A stretch of 64,000 bases of DNA from Tortispora ganteri (GCA_003707115.1 PPNB01000025.1:1-64000); one strand, 5' to 3'. Positions 51,001-61,787 are shown, counted from the first letter of the stretch. Notes: generated by a model from the letters alone, not told the origin. Numbers and translations: made by a program.

Positions 51001-54000
51001 TTCTGATATCATAGATATTCAAAAACTTTACGTCTTAAGTACACACTCCGCTGGTTCTATATCACTTCTGGATAACTTCATCAATGAAGATATTGGAAAC
51101 GCTTTAAGTGATGCATACATGGCGATTGAAAAAACCATACAGTCGGCAGAGAGCTATGTGACTTATTGGAACCGGTTTAAGGCTTTGTGGGAAATTCGAG
51201 CCGATCAGCTCCAGATAAGGCTGGCTGAGGACCTTGATTGCTGGATAAAAGCGTTAGAGGAGTTGGACGCACTGAGAAACGAGCATATCGGGCAAAACTC
51301 TCTATATACTATTGGTTGCCTCTGCTTAGACTATTCCAGTATCAGAAATGACATAGTGTCCCGTCTTACGTATTGGAGCGATCGCCTGGTTATTCACTTT
51401 GCTGAAATATATTTTGCTGGATCTAAACACCTGTTAGAAGATCTTTCTGCAGCAAAGTTATCTCTTGAGAACGGCTATATTGTTCCTTCTGATTCACGCA
51501 AGACGGTTGAGTTTATTCGAGACCTAGACAAGCAGAAATGCAAGAAACCTGCTTTTGAATCAAGAGTTAAAAAGCTGAATAGAGGGAAGTCTATGCTCTC
51601 GGTGAAACGTTTTCAATTCCCTACCAACTGGGTATATTTTGACCAAGTCGAAATGGAATATGACGCATATTGTCAACTATTGGACAGACGACTCAAACTG
51701 ATTGACAATCAGAGAGCAACATTAATGAATATCTTTGATAAGGAGCACTCTTTGATTCAATCGAAAAGTAAGGCCTTGTTCAATGAATGGGAAAAATCAA
51801 AGCCTACATCTGCCGCTACTCATTTTAGTAGCGCTCTAGCTGTGATATCTAGTTTTGAAACGAAAGTCCAAGACCTGATTGATTATGTGGATGCTATATC
51901 TGAAGCAGATACGTTGCTAGAACTATCTAGGGCCTCAACCTGTACTGATCTGAAACCACTTTTGGAAGAAATACGAGACTATAAAGAGTTTTGGACCGCA
52001 CTTTCTGATATAGGCAAATTACTGGATGAAAAGCGGACTTTAAATTGGCTTTCTCTTGACATTTCCAAGCTGAAAATCGATTTAGATACTATGAAATCCA
52101 AATTCGATGAATTTCCAAGCAACACGCTACTTTTTTCAGCCGTTCAAGACATTAGAAACATGATCTTAGGGTATTATGAATTTATTCCTTTACTGAAAGA
52201 TTTACACTCTGATTGCATGCGCGAACGACATTGGCAAGCCATTTTCGATATTGGAGGCAAAGAAAAACAACTTGTAATGTCATCTTTGACATTAGGTGAC
52301 ATATGGGGATTGAATTTGAACAATACAGCGCCTTTAATACGAGATGTGATTCGCCAAGCACAAGGTGAATTGACAATCGAAGAATATCTCAGAAAAGTGA
52401 GAACTTTTTGGACAGGATACAGTTTAGATATGGTGGATTACCAGCGAAAATGTTCACTTATACGCTCGTTTGAAGACATATTTAGTCGCTGCACGGAGCA
52501 CCTAAGTGCGCTACGAGCGATGAGTAACTCTTCGTACTTTATGGAGTTTGCAGAAGAGGCGAAAATATGGATGGAACGCATATCTAAGATTCATTTACTT
52601 TTAGACTCTTGGATAGAACTTCAGCGCCACTGGATTTATTTGGATGGAATATTTACTGGCAACGCTGAATTGGCAGATTTTCTACCTACAGAGACTAGTC
52701 GATTTAGGGCCATCAGTTCGGAATTTATGAGCATACTCACGAAAGTAGCGCGAAATCCGCAAATATTGGAAGTTTTGCATATACCGGAGATACAATCTTC
52801 TATTGAGAAATTATATGAAATGACTATCAAGGTAGAAAAGGCACTTGGTGAGTATTTAGAAAAGGAAAGATCACGATTTCCGCGTTTCTATTTCCTGGGC
52901 GATGAAGATTTATTGGAACTAATTGGAAACTCAAGTGATATTTCCCGAGCGCAATCACATATTTCTAAGGTATTCTCCGGCGTTTCCAAGCTTCAGGTTG
53001 AGGACAAATCCTTAAAAGGAGTTTTTACTCTAGATGATGAACTTTTGGCTTTTGTCGACGAGATTTCACTTGCAGAAGACTCCACAATTGGCGCTTGGAT
53101 GCCACGTCTGGAAAGTGCTATCAAACAGAGTGTTAGTGCAGCCTTTCAGATGTGCTATAATGAACTATACAAACTTACATCTGAAAAGGTAAACCACTCT
53201 GATTATGAAAAAGTTTTTGAATCCCACATTTTTCAAGTATTTCAGCTATCTGTTTATGTTCTTTTCACAAAACTTACTGAAATAGAGATGTCAAATGCGG
53301 AGCCGTTCAAAAATGGATGCCGTGTTCTTGATGTTTTAGATGCTTTAGAAGTTTTCCCTGGAAAGTACCGACGCACCAAGTACAGGAATAAAGCTCGCCA
53401 ATTGTTAGTTCATGTGGTTTACCTCAAGCGTGTCTGTTTGGCGCTGATGAATGCCACAAAGGAAGAAGTTAAGCCTTCTGAAACTGTTGAGTGGGAAATG
53501 TTTTTAAAACATTACTATACAGGTGAATCGTCTAGTGTTGATGAATGCCTCTCAATTAGAGTAGGTTCAGCTCAGTTTTTTTACGGATTTGAGTTGCTTG
53601 ATACGAGGGAATCTTTGATTTATACTACTTTGACTACCAATTGCTTTTACGCCATGTGCGGTGCAGTTTCTACTGGGTTTGGAGGCTCACCATTTGGACC
53701 TGCTGGAACGGGTAAAACCGAAACTATTAAAGCACTTGGATGCGTCCTCGGTAAGTCCGTGATAGTATTCAATTGCGATGACTCTTTTGATTACTCTTCT
53801 ATCGGCAGACTCATCGTCGGCATATGTAAAACCGGCGCATGGGGTTGCTTTGATGAATTCAATAGGCTGGATGAGAAAGTTCTTAGCTCTTTGGCTTCTG
53901 TTATTGAAGGTATTCAGCGAAGCTTGCGTGAAAAAGGCACCTTTTCTGCTGATATTTTGAATCGCAAGATTGCTATTAATCCCAGTGCTGCAATTTTTAT

Positions 54001-57000
54001 TACTATGAACCCAGGTTACATTGGCCGATCTAACTTGCCAGACAATATAAAGCGATTATTTAGGCCGTTTCCTATGACTAAACCTGATATCGAGGATATA
54101 GCGGAAGTGTCTCTGTTAGCAGAAGGGTTTTCTGATTCTGCGGGTCAGTCGAAGCGCATAGTACGTTGCTTTACTAAGCTGTCGCACGATTGCTCGCATC
54201 AAAACCACTATGATTTCGGTCTTAGAGCCATTAAGGGTGTCCTGCGCCTAGCCGGTAGGCTAAAGCTTGAAACGGAATCTAATGAATCTTCAAGATTGGC
54301 ATTCAACGATGATTCTGAAATACTGGTACATTGCTTACGGAGTTCTGTACTTCCCAAGCTCGTTTCTGCCGACACTGATGTATTTGAGTCCGTACTGGCA
54401 GAGATTTTCAATACTGTATCCAGCTGTAAAAAGGAAGATACATTACTGCAGCCAAAAATAGTTAAAGCCTGCGGAATTCTAAACTTCAAGGATTCGAAGG
54501 GTTTCTGCCAGAAAGCTGAACAGTTGTATAATCTTAGCAATTTGTTTAACGGAGTGATAATAGTTGGGCCATCTAGCTCAGGTAAATCTGCCTTATTGAA
54601 GATGCATTTCAATATTGTTGAAAGCGATGCTGGTATTGCACCTGCTGTATACACTATTAATCCTAAGGTGATTTCAAAAAGTTCTTTGATAGGGGTGCTC
54701 GAAGATGTTACAGGAGAATGGAAAGATGGTGTGCTTACCAAAATTCTGCGCAATATATCAAACAATGTCCGAATGGAAGCTGAAAGACAACATATCGTGG
54801 TCTTTGATAGTCCTATAGACCCTGAGTGGGCCGAAAGTTTGAACAGTGTTTTAGATGACAACAAACTCTTAACACTTCCAACAGGAGAGCGTATCAAGCT
54901 TGGTCCTAACGTTCATTTTTTCTTTGAGACCGAGGATCTCAATCACACTACTTTAGCTACCATTAGTCGTTGTGGTATAATATGGATTTCCGCAGATGTC
55001 GTCTCATTCGACGATGCTTTTTGGCATTTATGGAATGAATGGAAAAAAGATCGCATCGATCGCTTTTCCATAAACGATACCATTCAATCTTTTGTTCATT
55101 ATATCGAGAAAAGACTAGTTTCAACCAAACTACTGCAGATGGGTTTTGAGTGGTTATCTGCGCATAGAACCGACTCTCGCTTTAATAGCCAGCAATCTCT
55201 CGAAATACTGATGGCATTATTGGCGGCAGCTTTTGACCAATTGGATAACTATCTGGCAAAAGAAGGTCAAGAGTCTTTAAGCAACTCTGATGTTGAAAAG
55301 TATGCTCAGAACAAACTTCTGATTGCAGTAGTGTGGGCCTTTGCTGGTGAATCATCTGCTAGCGGGAAGACTGAGTTTAGCAACATAGCTATGCAGATTC
55401 TTGATGTTAACCTTTCAAGTTCTGGGGAAGACTTCACTAATTTTCAGGTAACTCTTCCAGGTGCTGGTCTCACTAGCATTGAGTTAAGTGTTCCTGTTGT
55501 GGAAATAGAGCCACAAATGGTGCTAGATCCCTCTCTTGTTATTCCGACTATAGATGTTCAGAAAGTGAGTTCAATGCTAGAGGCTCTCTTAAAGCGCCGA
55601 AGCTCGTTGATTTTATGTGGCCCTCCGGGATCTGGAAAGACTATGATACTTCTAGAAACGTTGCGTCGACTTCCTGACACATTTGTGGCCCCCCTCAATT
55701 TTGCCTCAAATTCTACTCCTGACCTTGTTGTCAGTATTCTCGAGCAGCAGTTTCGCTACTTTAAAACTGAACAGGGCACGATACTTCGACCTAAAAGTGA
55801 AACAGGATGGATTGTTCTATTTTGTGATGAAATGAATCTACCTCGACCTGATAAATATGGCTCTCAAGCTATACTGGAATTTATTCGGCAGATTATTGAG
55901 CACGAGGGATTCTGGCATGAAAGTAAGAAAGAGTGGATAAAAATTGAGAGACTGCAAATAGTTGGTGCCTGCAACCCATCTACAGACATAGGAAGATATG
56001 AGTACTCCGAAAGATTTTTGCATCATTTTCCTCTGATTCTTCTTGATTATCCTAGTCATAATGCCCTATATCGTATATATGACACTATGATTAGAGCCAT
56101 CCTTACTGTCAGCCCATTCAAGTCATATCACAAGGACATCACTAATGCAATGCTAGACCTCTATCGGACCGCCAAGGAAGAATTCACTACTGCATCGCAA
56201 GCTCATTATATATATAGTCCACGTGAACTAACTCGATGGACCAAAGGCATTTTCGAGTTAATGTCTAACTCCGTTGTTACTGATCCAGAAAGTCTGGTTC
56301 GGGTCTGGGCCCATGAAGCGTTGCGGCTTTTTGGTGATAGGCTCAGTTCTGATATAGAACTGGAGCGAGTTGAAAAGATGATTGATGACACGGCAAGAAA
56401 ATACTTTGCTGCTCTGAATTTAACTGAGGCTTTGAGGAGACCTATTTTATATACACGCTGGTTGTCTAGGGATTATTCTTCGCCTTCAGCGCAAGAACTT
56501 GTTCAGTTTATTGAACTAAGAGTGAAGACTTTCGCTGAAGAAGAAATTGAAACAACTCTGGTGTGCTTTGATCAGTTTGTTGATCACATTTTAAGATTAG
56601 ACCGCGTATTTCAGCAATATCAAGGCCATATGATTTTGATTGGAAACCCTGGCACAGGAAGAAAAACAATTGCTCGATTCACTGCGTGGATGAATGGCTT
56701 TTGTATATATCAACTGCGTATGCATAAAGGCTACAGTGCTGCAGATTTTGATGCAGATTTGCGCCGTATTCTTGTCACAGTTGCATCAGATGAACAAAAA
56801 GTATGTCTCATAGTGGATGAGTCCACCATGGTGGAGGCTGCGTTTGTCGAACGAATGAATACTTTGTTGGCTAATTCTGAAATTCCTGGTCTTTTCGAAG
56901 GGGATGAATTACGCAATTTAACTAGGGTATGCCTGGACGTCTCTGCCAGAAATGGTCTACTCTTGCGAACTGATACAGATATCTACAAATATTTTGTTCA

Positions 57001-60000
57001 GCTTGTCAGTAAAAATCTTCATGTTGTTTTTGCTTTGACTCCGCCTAGCTCTGGAGGTATGCAAGACACTTTGTCTTCTTCCCCCGCTTTGTTCAACCGA
57101 TGTGTCGTTAGTTGGCTTGGTGATTGGAATAAGTCTTCTCTTCGCCGAGTTGCATCTCAGATGACATGCCAGTTAGACTTAGATGATTCGGAATATTCGG
57201 TGGACGGATTAAAAGAACCCTCATCAGAATCGATAATAAGCAAACGCGATGCTCTTTTAGAGTGTTTCATAGAAGCTCATTTTCTCGCTAAAGAGGAATT
57301 TAATTCTTCTACAATTAGTGCAGGATTTAACGTTATCATAACTCCTCAGCAATACTTGAATTTTTTGCACCACTTTGTTGATTTTTACACTGAGCAGAGT
57401 TCTGTGAAACGAGAGCAACTAATACATTTGAACTCTGGTATGGACAAGCTGCGAGAAACTGTCTTATCGGTACGCAAAATGAAAGAAGAATTAGCCGAAA
57501 AACAAACTAAAGTGGAAGAAAAATCCAGAGAAGCAAATGAAAAGCTTGAGGAGATGGTAAACAAACAAAACGAAGCTGAGAACAAACGCTTGACTAGTCT
57601 GGAAGTTCAGAAATCTCTGCAGGCTCGAGAACTTGAAATAGAGGAACGTCAAGAGAGAGTTCAACAAGACTTATCTGAAGTGGAGCCCGCGATTATCGAG
57701 GCCCAGAAAGGTGTTGGAAATATTAAAAAGCAGCATCTTACTGAAATGAGAGCTATGAATAACCCTCCAGAGGCCGTCAAGCTGACACTAGAAGCTGTAT
57801 GTACTATGCTTGGCTTCCAGGCTGACACTTGGAGGTCAGTGCAAACTATCATTCGCAGAGATGACTTTATTGCGTCTATCATTAATTTTGATAGCTCCCA
57901 AGCAATATCTGCGGATTTTATCTCGTATCTTCGAGAAAAATACTTCGATAGTACGGTAATGAATTACGAAACTGTTAGCAGAGCTAGCAAAGCTTGTGGT
58001 CCGCTGTTTCAATGGGCAAAAGCGCAGCTAGCCTATATGAATATCTTGGAACAAGTCGCTCCTTTGAGATCAGAGGTGGAAGCCTTAGAGGAGGAGGCTT
58101 CTCATGCACGTGCTCGTGTACAAGCGATTAATGAAATGATAACAGAAGTTGAACAGTTGATTTCTCAGTACAAGGATGATTATGCTTTTCTTATAGCGGA
58201 AGTCCAATCATTAAAGGCCGAGTCACAGAAAATATCAAGTCGCCTTTCACGTAGCATTGAGCTTATTGACTCACTATCTGAAGAACGATGTCGATGGTTG
58301 AATGACATAAAAGCGTCCAACGAAAATGCTGCGCTATTGGCGGGCAATTGTTTCCTAGATGCTGCCACAATGTCATATTTTGGACCACTGAACGTTGGAA
58401 GTCGTCAAGCTCTTTTGTCTCGGTGGAATAGTTTGCTAAGCAGTTTTGATATCCATACTTCCAAGGAATTCATCCCTCTTCAGCAGGTTGAACCTTCTGC
58501 GACTATTGTTAACTGGATCAGAAACGGCTTGCCCAATGATGATATATATATTCAAAATATGAGTATTTTGAACAAGGGGTTGAAGTACGGATATGTCATA
58601 GATCCCTCAGGGATTGTGTTTGACCTCCTAAAGCGTATGTGCAGAGGTAAGTCGCTCATCACCAGTTTCCGTGATCGATCTTTCTCCCAGCATTTGGAAA
58701 GTGCACTTCGTTTTGGAAGCACTTTATTTGTTCAGGATGCGGACCTCTATGACCCCTTAGTCGATCCAGTTGTCAACAAGGAGTTCAGGCGCGCAGGAGG
58801 ACGGGCTTTTGTTGATATTGGTAAGCAAACCATTGATGTTTCACCTGACTTCAACATGATTTTATTCACAAAAAGAAAGCCATCTGATATTCCTCTTCAT
58901 CTCAGTAGCAGTGTCGGTATTGTTAACTTTGTGCGAACAGCTACTAATATTGAGTTGGAGATATTGTCCGTTGTCTTGTCCCATTTTAGGCCAGAATTGA
59001 ATGGCAAAAGATTGCAGCTTGCAAATGAGGTAGAAGAATCTAGAAGCGAACGCCAAAAGCTAGAAGGAGAGCTTTTGGAGGTTCTTTCTAATTCTACTGG
59101 CGGTATCTTGGAGGACGAGAACGTAATTCAGACGCTCCAAACAATTAAAGCTGGTACTCTGGAGATTGAAATAAAGATATCTGAAAATCGGAAATTGTTG
59201 GAAGACATCGATACCATTAGTTCGGAATACATTTCACTTGCCAGAGATGGAAGCTTTTATGTGTCTGAGCTCAACAAGTTAAATAAGCTAAACCCCTTCT
59301 ACCGATTTTCTGTGGATCACACGCTCAGAGCTCTGCGGGTAGTTTTACAGCAACACCCAGTTGATGATACAGACTCTCGAAGAATCAATGTTAAGGACCT
59401 TTGCAAGATTTTCATGCGGCAGGTATTCCTTTCCGCAGCTGTTGCATTGAAGCCTCAGGACCGATTAATTTTTGGTTTGATGCTTCTTGATCATTTTTTT
59501 ACCATTGAAGATACAGGAGTCGCGCTTATTGATATATGCAGCAGTATATCATCGAACAATATTGATACCAAAGATGTGCTATACGAGAAGCATCCGCATA
59601 TGTTTTCTTTAATGGAGCCTAAAACGAATGGGGACACTAGGGACAAAGACTTTGACGTTCTGCGGGATATTGTTTCCTCTCTTACTTCTAATCAAGGTCG
59701 GATAGTTCCATTAGTTCGTCAATTACTAAGTCGACATTTGTCAGGTACGTCAGAGTTAATAGATGTTGTTGATGATCTTATACCTATTCTGTCAGAGGTC
59801 GCGAACAAGGTACCTGTTGCGATATACGCGGAGAAAGACTATGATTCTGGATTCCTAGTTGAGCGTGCTAGTGTTTGTACGGGAATTAAGCTTAATGAGC
59901 TTTCTTTAGGATCGCATGAAACCGAATTGAGAGCAACTGAAGTTATAAATAGTGCGTTAGCGCGAGGGGAATGGGTACTGTTGAAAAATGCACATTTATC

Positions 60001-60745
60001 TCCTGAATGGTTCAGTAACATTATGAGTCTTATTGATACAGCATCACCAGTCAACGATTTTCGCTTATTCTACACATGTTCAATGCAAGGTAGCGTATCC
60101 GCAGCTGTTCTTGAATGCTCTAAATTGACGTACTATTCGCCGCCTGTCGGATTGAAACATTCATTACGAGATTTGATGGCCACGATGGGTCAAGAAGTAG
60201 CCAAATCCGGTCCTTCTGAATGGCTCAAACTGGTTTTGACAATCGCCTGGCTGCAATCTGTAGTTTGCGAACGACAGAGATACATTCCAGTTGGCTGGAG
60301 ATATTCTGTGGATATTGATGAGTCTGACTTTCAGTATGCTATTGATTTGGTAAAGAAACTCCTGAATCGCACTATGAATGCACAAAGCAAGAAGAGTATA
60401 CTACCTTCATCTATTCCTTGGGCGCTTATACACCATATTATACAATTTGCAGCACAAGGAGCAAAAATATCTGATGCCACTGATTTTACGAGACTGAAAG
60501 AGTTTTGCAGTAAGCTTTTGACGCAAGATATTTATGGCAGTGGTTTCAGTCCGTTACTGGGTGAAGACAAAAACATTATATTCCCCAGTACCACGAAATA
60601 TAGTGAAATCATGCAATGGATCAATGAAAATTTACCGGACGACGAACCTCTTGAATGGATTGGGCTTGAGAACAGTGCTGGCGATCAATTTGCTATAGAG
60701 CAGAGCCGAAAGTTTTTGTTGAATCTGAAATGTGTTGCAGGTTAA
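48074..60745 (+). CDS. DYN1: Cytoplasmic dynein heavy chain
   Basis: 4223 aa, no intron needed. RFPRFYFLGDEDLLE, GPAGTGKTET, WGCFDEFNRL, HYDFGLRA, GPPGSGKT, stalk and microtubule-binding domain. Confidence 0.98.
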   Translation: MDNSNNEESDKESIAVLADYIQNTVASILGTDLTEVHIAIETFADQLAAFFQSPEPSVLYITRELHDNMHNYKIAANLTLNLSTTDALAIVKPNGILNVGQSLARQLLLINLPCDSESPDNSFVSSAFQDFYSLLHMVMGPYLDSLPEQSTKQSDQEIAISANQIPGVKKKLAELEASLINLQNRQGIPDIQFLVHPVISTAIEQARATHSKISVSLVPPELLLEATFLNTLQSNVNSWIKSVQHIAKLSREVSSGTISDEINFWVHKEDVLTAIEKRLNEPDIALTLQVLQNAKRFYATVSFRSDTDVKEALDLVQKYNQLLRDFPIEPFTSASSIPALNQALQDIFFHISRKLRLSAYPTERLLVFLETLSNDLLKKLMDLIDGDEIMLISFEKCSEIVSDALSIQNTWEDKLKDVFYTVRELTKSRSERRVLLKVKDAHSQLIERLSYIRKFRVDHEYLRKIVSDAFEAGLSMPDGQQLSQNSILEELDVSYSAFQGINALDLSHEGKAKFFSCESAYSKRTSSVEARVVDTLRALLYAARNSNDLFTVFSRFKGLLERPRVRAAVQEYQEILLGHVKNEISRYGELLSNGFANSPEYQLYKLKDMSFSTGRLIWTTQIERQLIILLNRIENILGEGWQNYVEGQALEDSIGLLLKKLDLQGLHDSWSQAALLRRGSLKGPFFKVVHNIESKSNTLTLEINFDLASITIFKEVRNILFLHFPASHFIITAAKDAQRTYPYAMSLRDQLHVYKNCVESLSSPEMQTLLAPFVQRIRGLIEQSVNFRWEFFSYSPDLYSKTTPVVNQLDSPVIHREIIQISFISKFEEAVQQLSSKLTQVSDSCNDINSIFNSLERGPLSMNTCKDSIIQLASIIEKLSYEDLGNFEFWVYNINGKLQGILRQQILSTIDAFLHLLSDDQEVEDSDTSLIMHTKRVYFAAALQKVEISSESHDIYVLPSLEQVRSSWLNVLQQIVSDIIDIQKLYVLSTHSAGSISLLDNFINEDIGNALSDAYMAIEKTIQSAESYVTYWNRFKALWEIRADQLQIRLAEDLDCWIKALEELDALRNEHIGQNSLYTIGCLCLDYSSIRNDIVSRLTYWSDRLVIHFAEIYFAGSKHLLEDLSAAKLSLENGYIVPSDSRKTVEFIRDLDKQKCKKPAFESRVKKLNRGKSMLSVKRFQFPTNWVYFDQVEMEYDAYCQLLDRRLKLIDNQRATLMNIFDKEHSLIQSKSKALFNEWEKSKPTSAATHFSSALAVISSFETKVQDLIDYVDAISEADTLLELSRASTCTDLKPLLEEIRDYKEFWTALSDIGKLLDEKRTLNWLSLDISKLKIDLDTMKSKFDEFPSNTLLFSAVQDIRNMILGYYEFIPLLKDLHSDCMRERHWQAIFDIGGKEKQLVMSSLTLGDIWGLNLNNTAPLIRDVIRQAQGELTIEEYLRKVRTFWTGYSLDMVDYQRKCSLIRSFEDIFSRCTEHLSALRAMSNSSYFMEFAEEAKIWMERISKIHLLLDSWIELQRHWIYLDGIFTGNAELADFLPTETSRFRAISSEFMSILTKVARNPQILEVLHIPEIQSSIEKLYEMTIKVEKALGEYLEKERSRFPRFYFLGDEDLLELIGNSSDISRAQSHISKVFSGVSKLQVEDKSLKGVFTLDDELLAFVDEISLAEDSTIGAWMPRLESAIKQSVSAAFQMCYNELYKLTSEKVNHSDYEKVFESHIFQVFQLSVYVLFTKLTEIEMSNAEPFKNGCRVLDVLDALEVFPGKYRRTKYRNKARQLLVHVVYLKRVCLALMNATKEEVKPSETVEWEMFLKHYYTGESSSVDECLSIRVGSAQFFYGFELLDTRESLIYTTLTTNCFYAMCGAVSTGFGGSPFGPAGTGKTETIKALGCVLGKSVIVFNCDDSFDYSSIGRLIVGICKTGAWGCFDEFNRLDEKVLSSLASVIEGIQRSLREKGTFSADILNRKIAINPSAAIFITMNPGYIGRSNLPDNIKRLFRPFPMTKPDIEDIAEVSLLAEGFSDSAGQSKRIVRCFTKLSHDCSHQNHYDFGLRAIKGVLRLAGRLKLETESNESSRLAFNDDSEILVHCLRSSVLPKLVSADTDVFESVLAEIFNTVSSCKKEDTLLQPKIVKACGILNFKDSKGFCQKAEQLYNLSNLFNGVIIVGPSSSGKSALLKMHFNIVESDAGIAPAVYTINPKVISKSSLIGVLEDVTGEWKDGVLTKILRNISNNVRMEAERQHIVVFDSPIDPEWAESLNSVLDDNKLLTLPTGERIKLGPNVHFFFETEDLNHTTLATISRCGIIWISADVVSFDDAFWHLWNEWKKDRIDRFSINDTIQSFVHYIEKRLVSTKLLQMGFEWLSAHRTDSRFNSQQSLEILMALLAAAFDQLDNYLAKEGQESLSNSDVEKYAQNKLLIAVVWAFAGESSASGKTEFSNIAMQILDVNLSSSGEDFTNFQVTLPGAGLTSIELSVPVVEIEPQMVLDPSLVIPTIDVQKVSSMLEALLKRRSSLILCGPPGSGKTMILLETLRRLPDTFVAPLNFASNSTPDLVVSILEQQFRYFKTEQGTILRPKSETGWIVLFCDEMNLPRPDKYGSQAILEFIRQIIEHEGFWHESKKEWIKIERLQIVGACNPSTDIGRYEYSERFLHHFPLILLDYPSHNALYRIYDTMIRAILTVSPFKSYHKDITNAMLDLYRTAKEEFTTASQAHYIYSPRELTRWTKGIFELMSNSVVTDPESLVRVWAHEALRLFGDRLSSDIELERVEKMIDDTARKYFAALNLTEALRRPILYTRWLSRDYSSPSAQELVQFIELRVKTFAEEEIETTLVCFDQFVDHILRLDRVFQQYQGHMILIGNPGTGRKTIARFTAWMNGFCIYQLRMHKGYSAADFDADLRRILVTVASDEQKVCLIVDESTMVEAAFVERMNTLLANSEIPGLFEGDELRNLTRVCLDVSARNGLLLRTDTDIYKYFVQLVSKNLHVVFALTPPSSGGMQDTLSSSPALFNRCVVSWLGDWNKSSLRRVASQMTCQLDLDDSEYSVDGLKEPSSESIISKRDALLECFIEAHFLAKEEFNSSTISAGFNVIITPQQYLNFLHHFVDFYTEQSSVKREQLIHLNSGMDKLRETVLSVRKMKEELAEKQTKVEEKSREANEKLEEMVNKQNEAENKRLTSLEVQKSLQARELEIEERQERVQQDLSEVEPAIIEAQKGVGNIKKQHLTEMRAMNNPPEAVKLTLEAVCTMLGFQADTWRSVQTIIRRDDFIASIINFDSSQAISADFISYLREKYFDSTVMNYETVSRASKACGPLFQWAKAQLAYMNILEQVAPLRSEVEALEEEASHARARVQAINEMITEVEQLISQYKDDYAFLIAEVQSLKAESQKISSRLSRSIELIDSLSEERCRWLNDIKASNENAALLAGNCFLDAATMSYFGPLNVGSRQALLSRWNSLLSSFDIHTSKEFIPLQQVEPSATIVNWIRNGLPNDDIYIQNMSILNKGLKYGYVIDPSGIVFDLLKRMCRGKSLITSFRDRSFSQHLESALRFGSTLFVQDADLYDPLVDPVVNKEFRRAGGRAFVDIGKQTIDVSPDFNMILFTKRKPSDIPLHLSSSVGIVNFVRTATNIELEILSVVLSHFRPELNGKRLQLANEVEESRSERQKLEGELLEVLSNSTGGILEDENVIQTLQTIKAGTLEIEIKISENRKLLEDIDTISSEYISLARDGSFYVSELNKLNKLNPFYRFSVDHTLRALRVVLQQHPVDDTDSRRINVKDLCKIFMRQVFLSAAVALKPQDRLIFGLMLLDHFFTIEDTGVALIDICSSISSNNIDTKDVLYEKHPHMFSLMEPKTNGDTRDKDFDVLRDIVSSLTSNQGRIVPLVRQLLSRHLSGTSELIDVVDDLIPILSEVANKVPVAIYAEKDYDSGFLVERASVCTGIKLNELSLGSHETELRATEVINSALARGEWVLLKNAHLSPEWFSNIMSLIDTASPVNDFRLFYTCSMQGSVSAAVLECSKLTYYSPPVGLKHSLRDLMATMGQEVAKSGPSEWLKLVLTIAWLQSVVCERQRYIPVGWRYSVDIDESDFQYAIDLVKKLLNRTMNAQSKKSILPSSIPWALIHHIIQFAAQGAKISDATDFTRLKEFCSKLLTQDIYGSGFSPLLGEDKNIIFPSTTKYSEIMQWINENLPDDEPLEWIGLENSAGDQFAIEQSRKFLLNLKCVAG

Positions 60746-60834
60746 ATGATGCGTGTGATATTTTTATTCATGTTATTTTTTTCTGTGTCTGCTAGTTGTG
60801 CTTGGTTTGCCATTGTCTTTGTTTCGTTGCGTTT

Positions 60835-61518
60835 TTAGTCCAGTTTGCAAGACATTTCGACATTCTTGATTCCAATAGCTGTGAGCACTTTGGACGGTAA
60901 ATTTGAAGTTTCAGTAGAAACAAAACCGTTCTTTCGGAGTATATGTTCAGCTGGTTGCTCTAATTGACTAATTATAGATAATGAAACCGACTTTATGTTA
61001 TTTTGTTTTATTGAATCAAGAGCCAGTTGTAACAAATCTTTACCTAGACCAGCATCGCGATAAGGTCTTAGGACGACCCAAAAATTAATCAAAGCCGAAC
61101 TTTTCGACTGTTCTGAAACAGATATTGCACCGATGATTCTATCGCCGTATTTGGCTATAATCACATTTGATTCAGGAAAAGATGCATCTTTGTTAGAATC
61201 AGCCCATAACTTTGTCTGGGTATCGAAGTACTCTGACGGTCTAGACCATAGCAGTAGATAAGCCATAGTAACACCTGATGCAAATAATATTAGTGTTCCA
61301 AATTGATCACGAAAATGATCCTTAAATGTGTATATCAAAATACTCATTATAGGAATAAAGCCAGAGATAAAGTAAGGGTGCTTGAATATATACACGTTAG
61401 AACGAGTGCGTCTCTCGCTCAAAATATTGGTAACTAACTCAGCAGTATTTTTACGGTCATCTAATTCTGATCGCTTAAGCGTCTCAAATTTCAGTTCAGG
61501 TGTACTTTCGTCCGTCAT
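60835..61518 (-). CDS. Pho86-like ER membrane protein with a GNAT-type C-terminal domain
   Basis: NVYIFKHP followed by two hydrophobic helices, then IAKYGDRIIGAI and VLRPYRDAGLGKDLL. Confidence 0.6.
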   Translation of the reverse strand: MTDESTPELKFETLKRSELDDRKNTAELVTNILSERRTRSNVYIFKHPYFISGFIPIMSILIYTFKDHFRDQFGTLILFASGVTMAYLLLWSRPSEYFDTQTKLWADSNKDASFPESNVIIAKYGDRIIGAISVSEQSKSSALINFWVVLRPYRDAGLGKDLLQLALDSIKQNNIKSVSLSIISQLEQPAEHILRKNGFVSTETSNLPSKVLTAIGIKNVEMSCKLD

Positions 61519-61781
61519 TATGAAATATTTTTGCTTCTGGTTGGAAAGTGATATGAAGGCACGTGCTCATATCTCACGTTCGTCACAATGGTGTGCCGCA
61601 TTTACTGATTTGGGTCAACCTGTTCTACAAGTACCGCAGCGCCACCACTTAAAATGTACAACTTAGACTGCCTACTATAGTATTGTTATTTTTAAAGTAG
61701 ACTAATACGTATGAATATTGTTTCATTTTGTTGATTCAACACGAACGAAGTTGTTTGTAGGTTTACCCGGCTGTAGCCATC

Positions 61782-61787
61782 ACGCGT
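61782..61787. promoter_or_regulatory. MCB element (ACGCGT) upstream of RAD18
   Basis: Exact MCB about 90 bp upstream of the ATG. Others occur at 48022 (DYN1) and 2905 (MYO2). Confidence 0.35.

Noticed and set aside
54208..54897. 229-aa antisense ORF in DYN1, and similar shadow ORFs in MYO2, BUD3, DUF1 and NUF2
   Set aside because: They lie antisense within conserved genes and are explained by codon bias.
60600..60745. Dynein lacks the metazoan C-terminal cap
   Set aside because: A known feature of yeast/fungal dyneins, so neither novel nor a truncation artefact.
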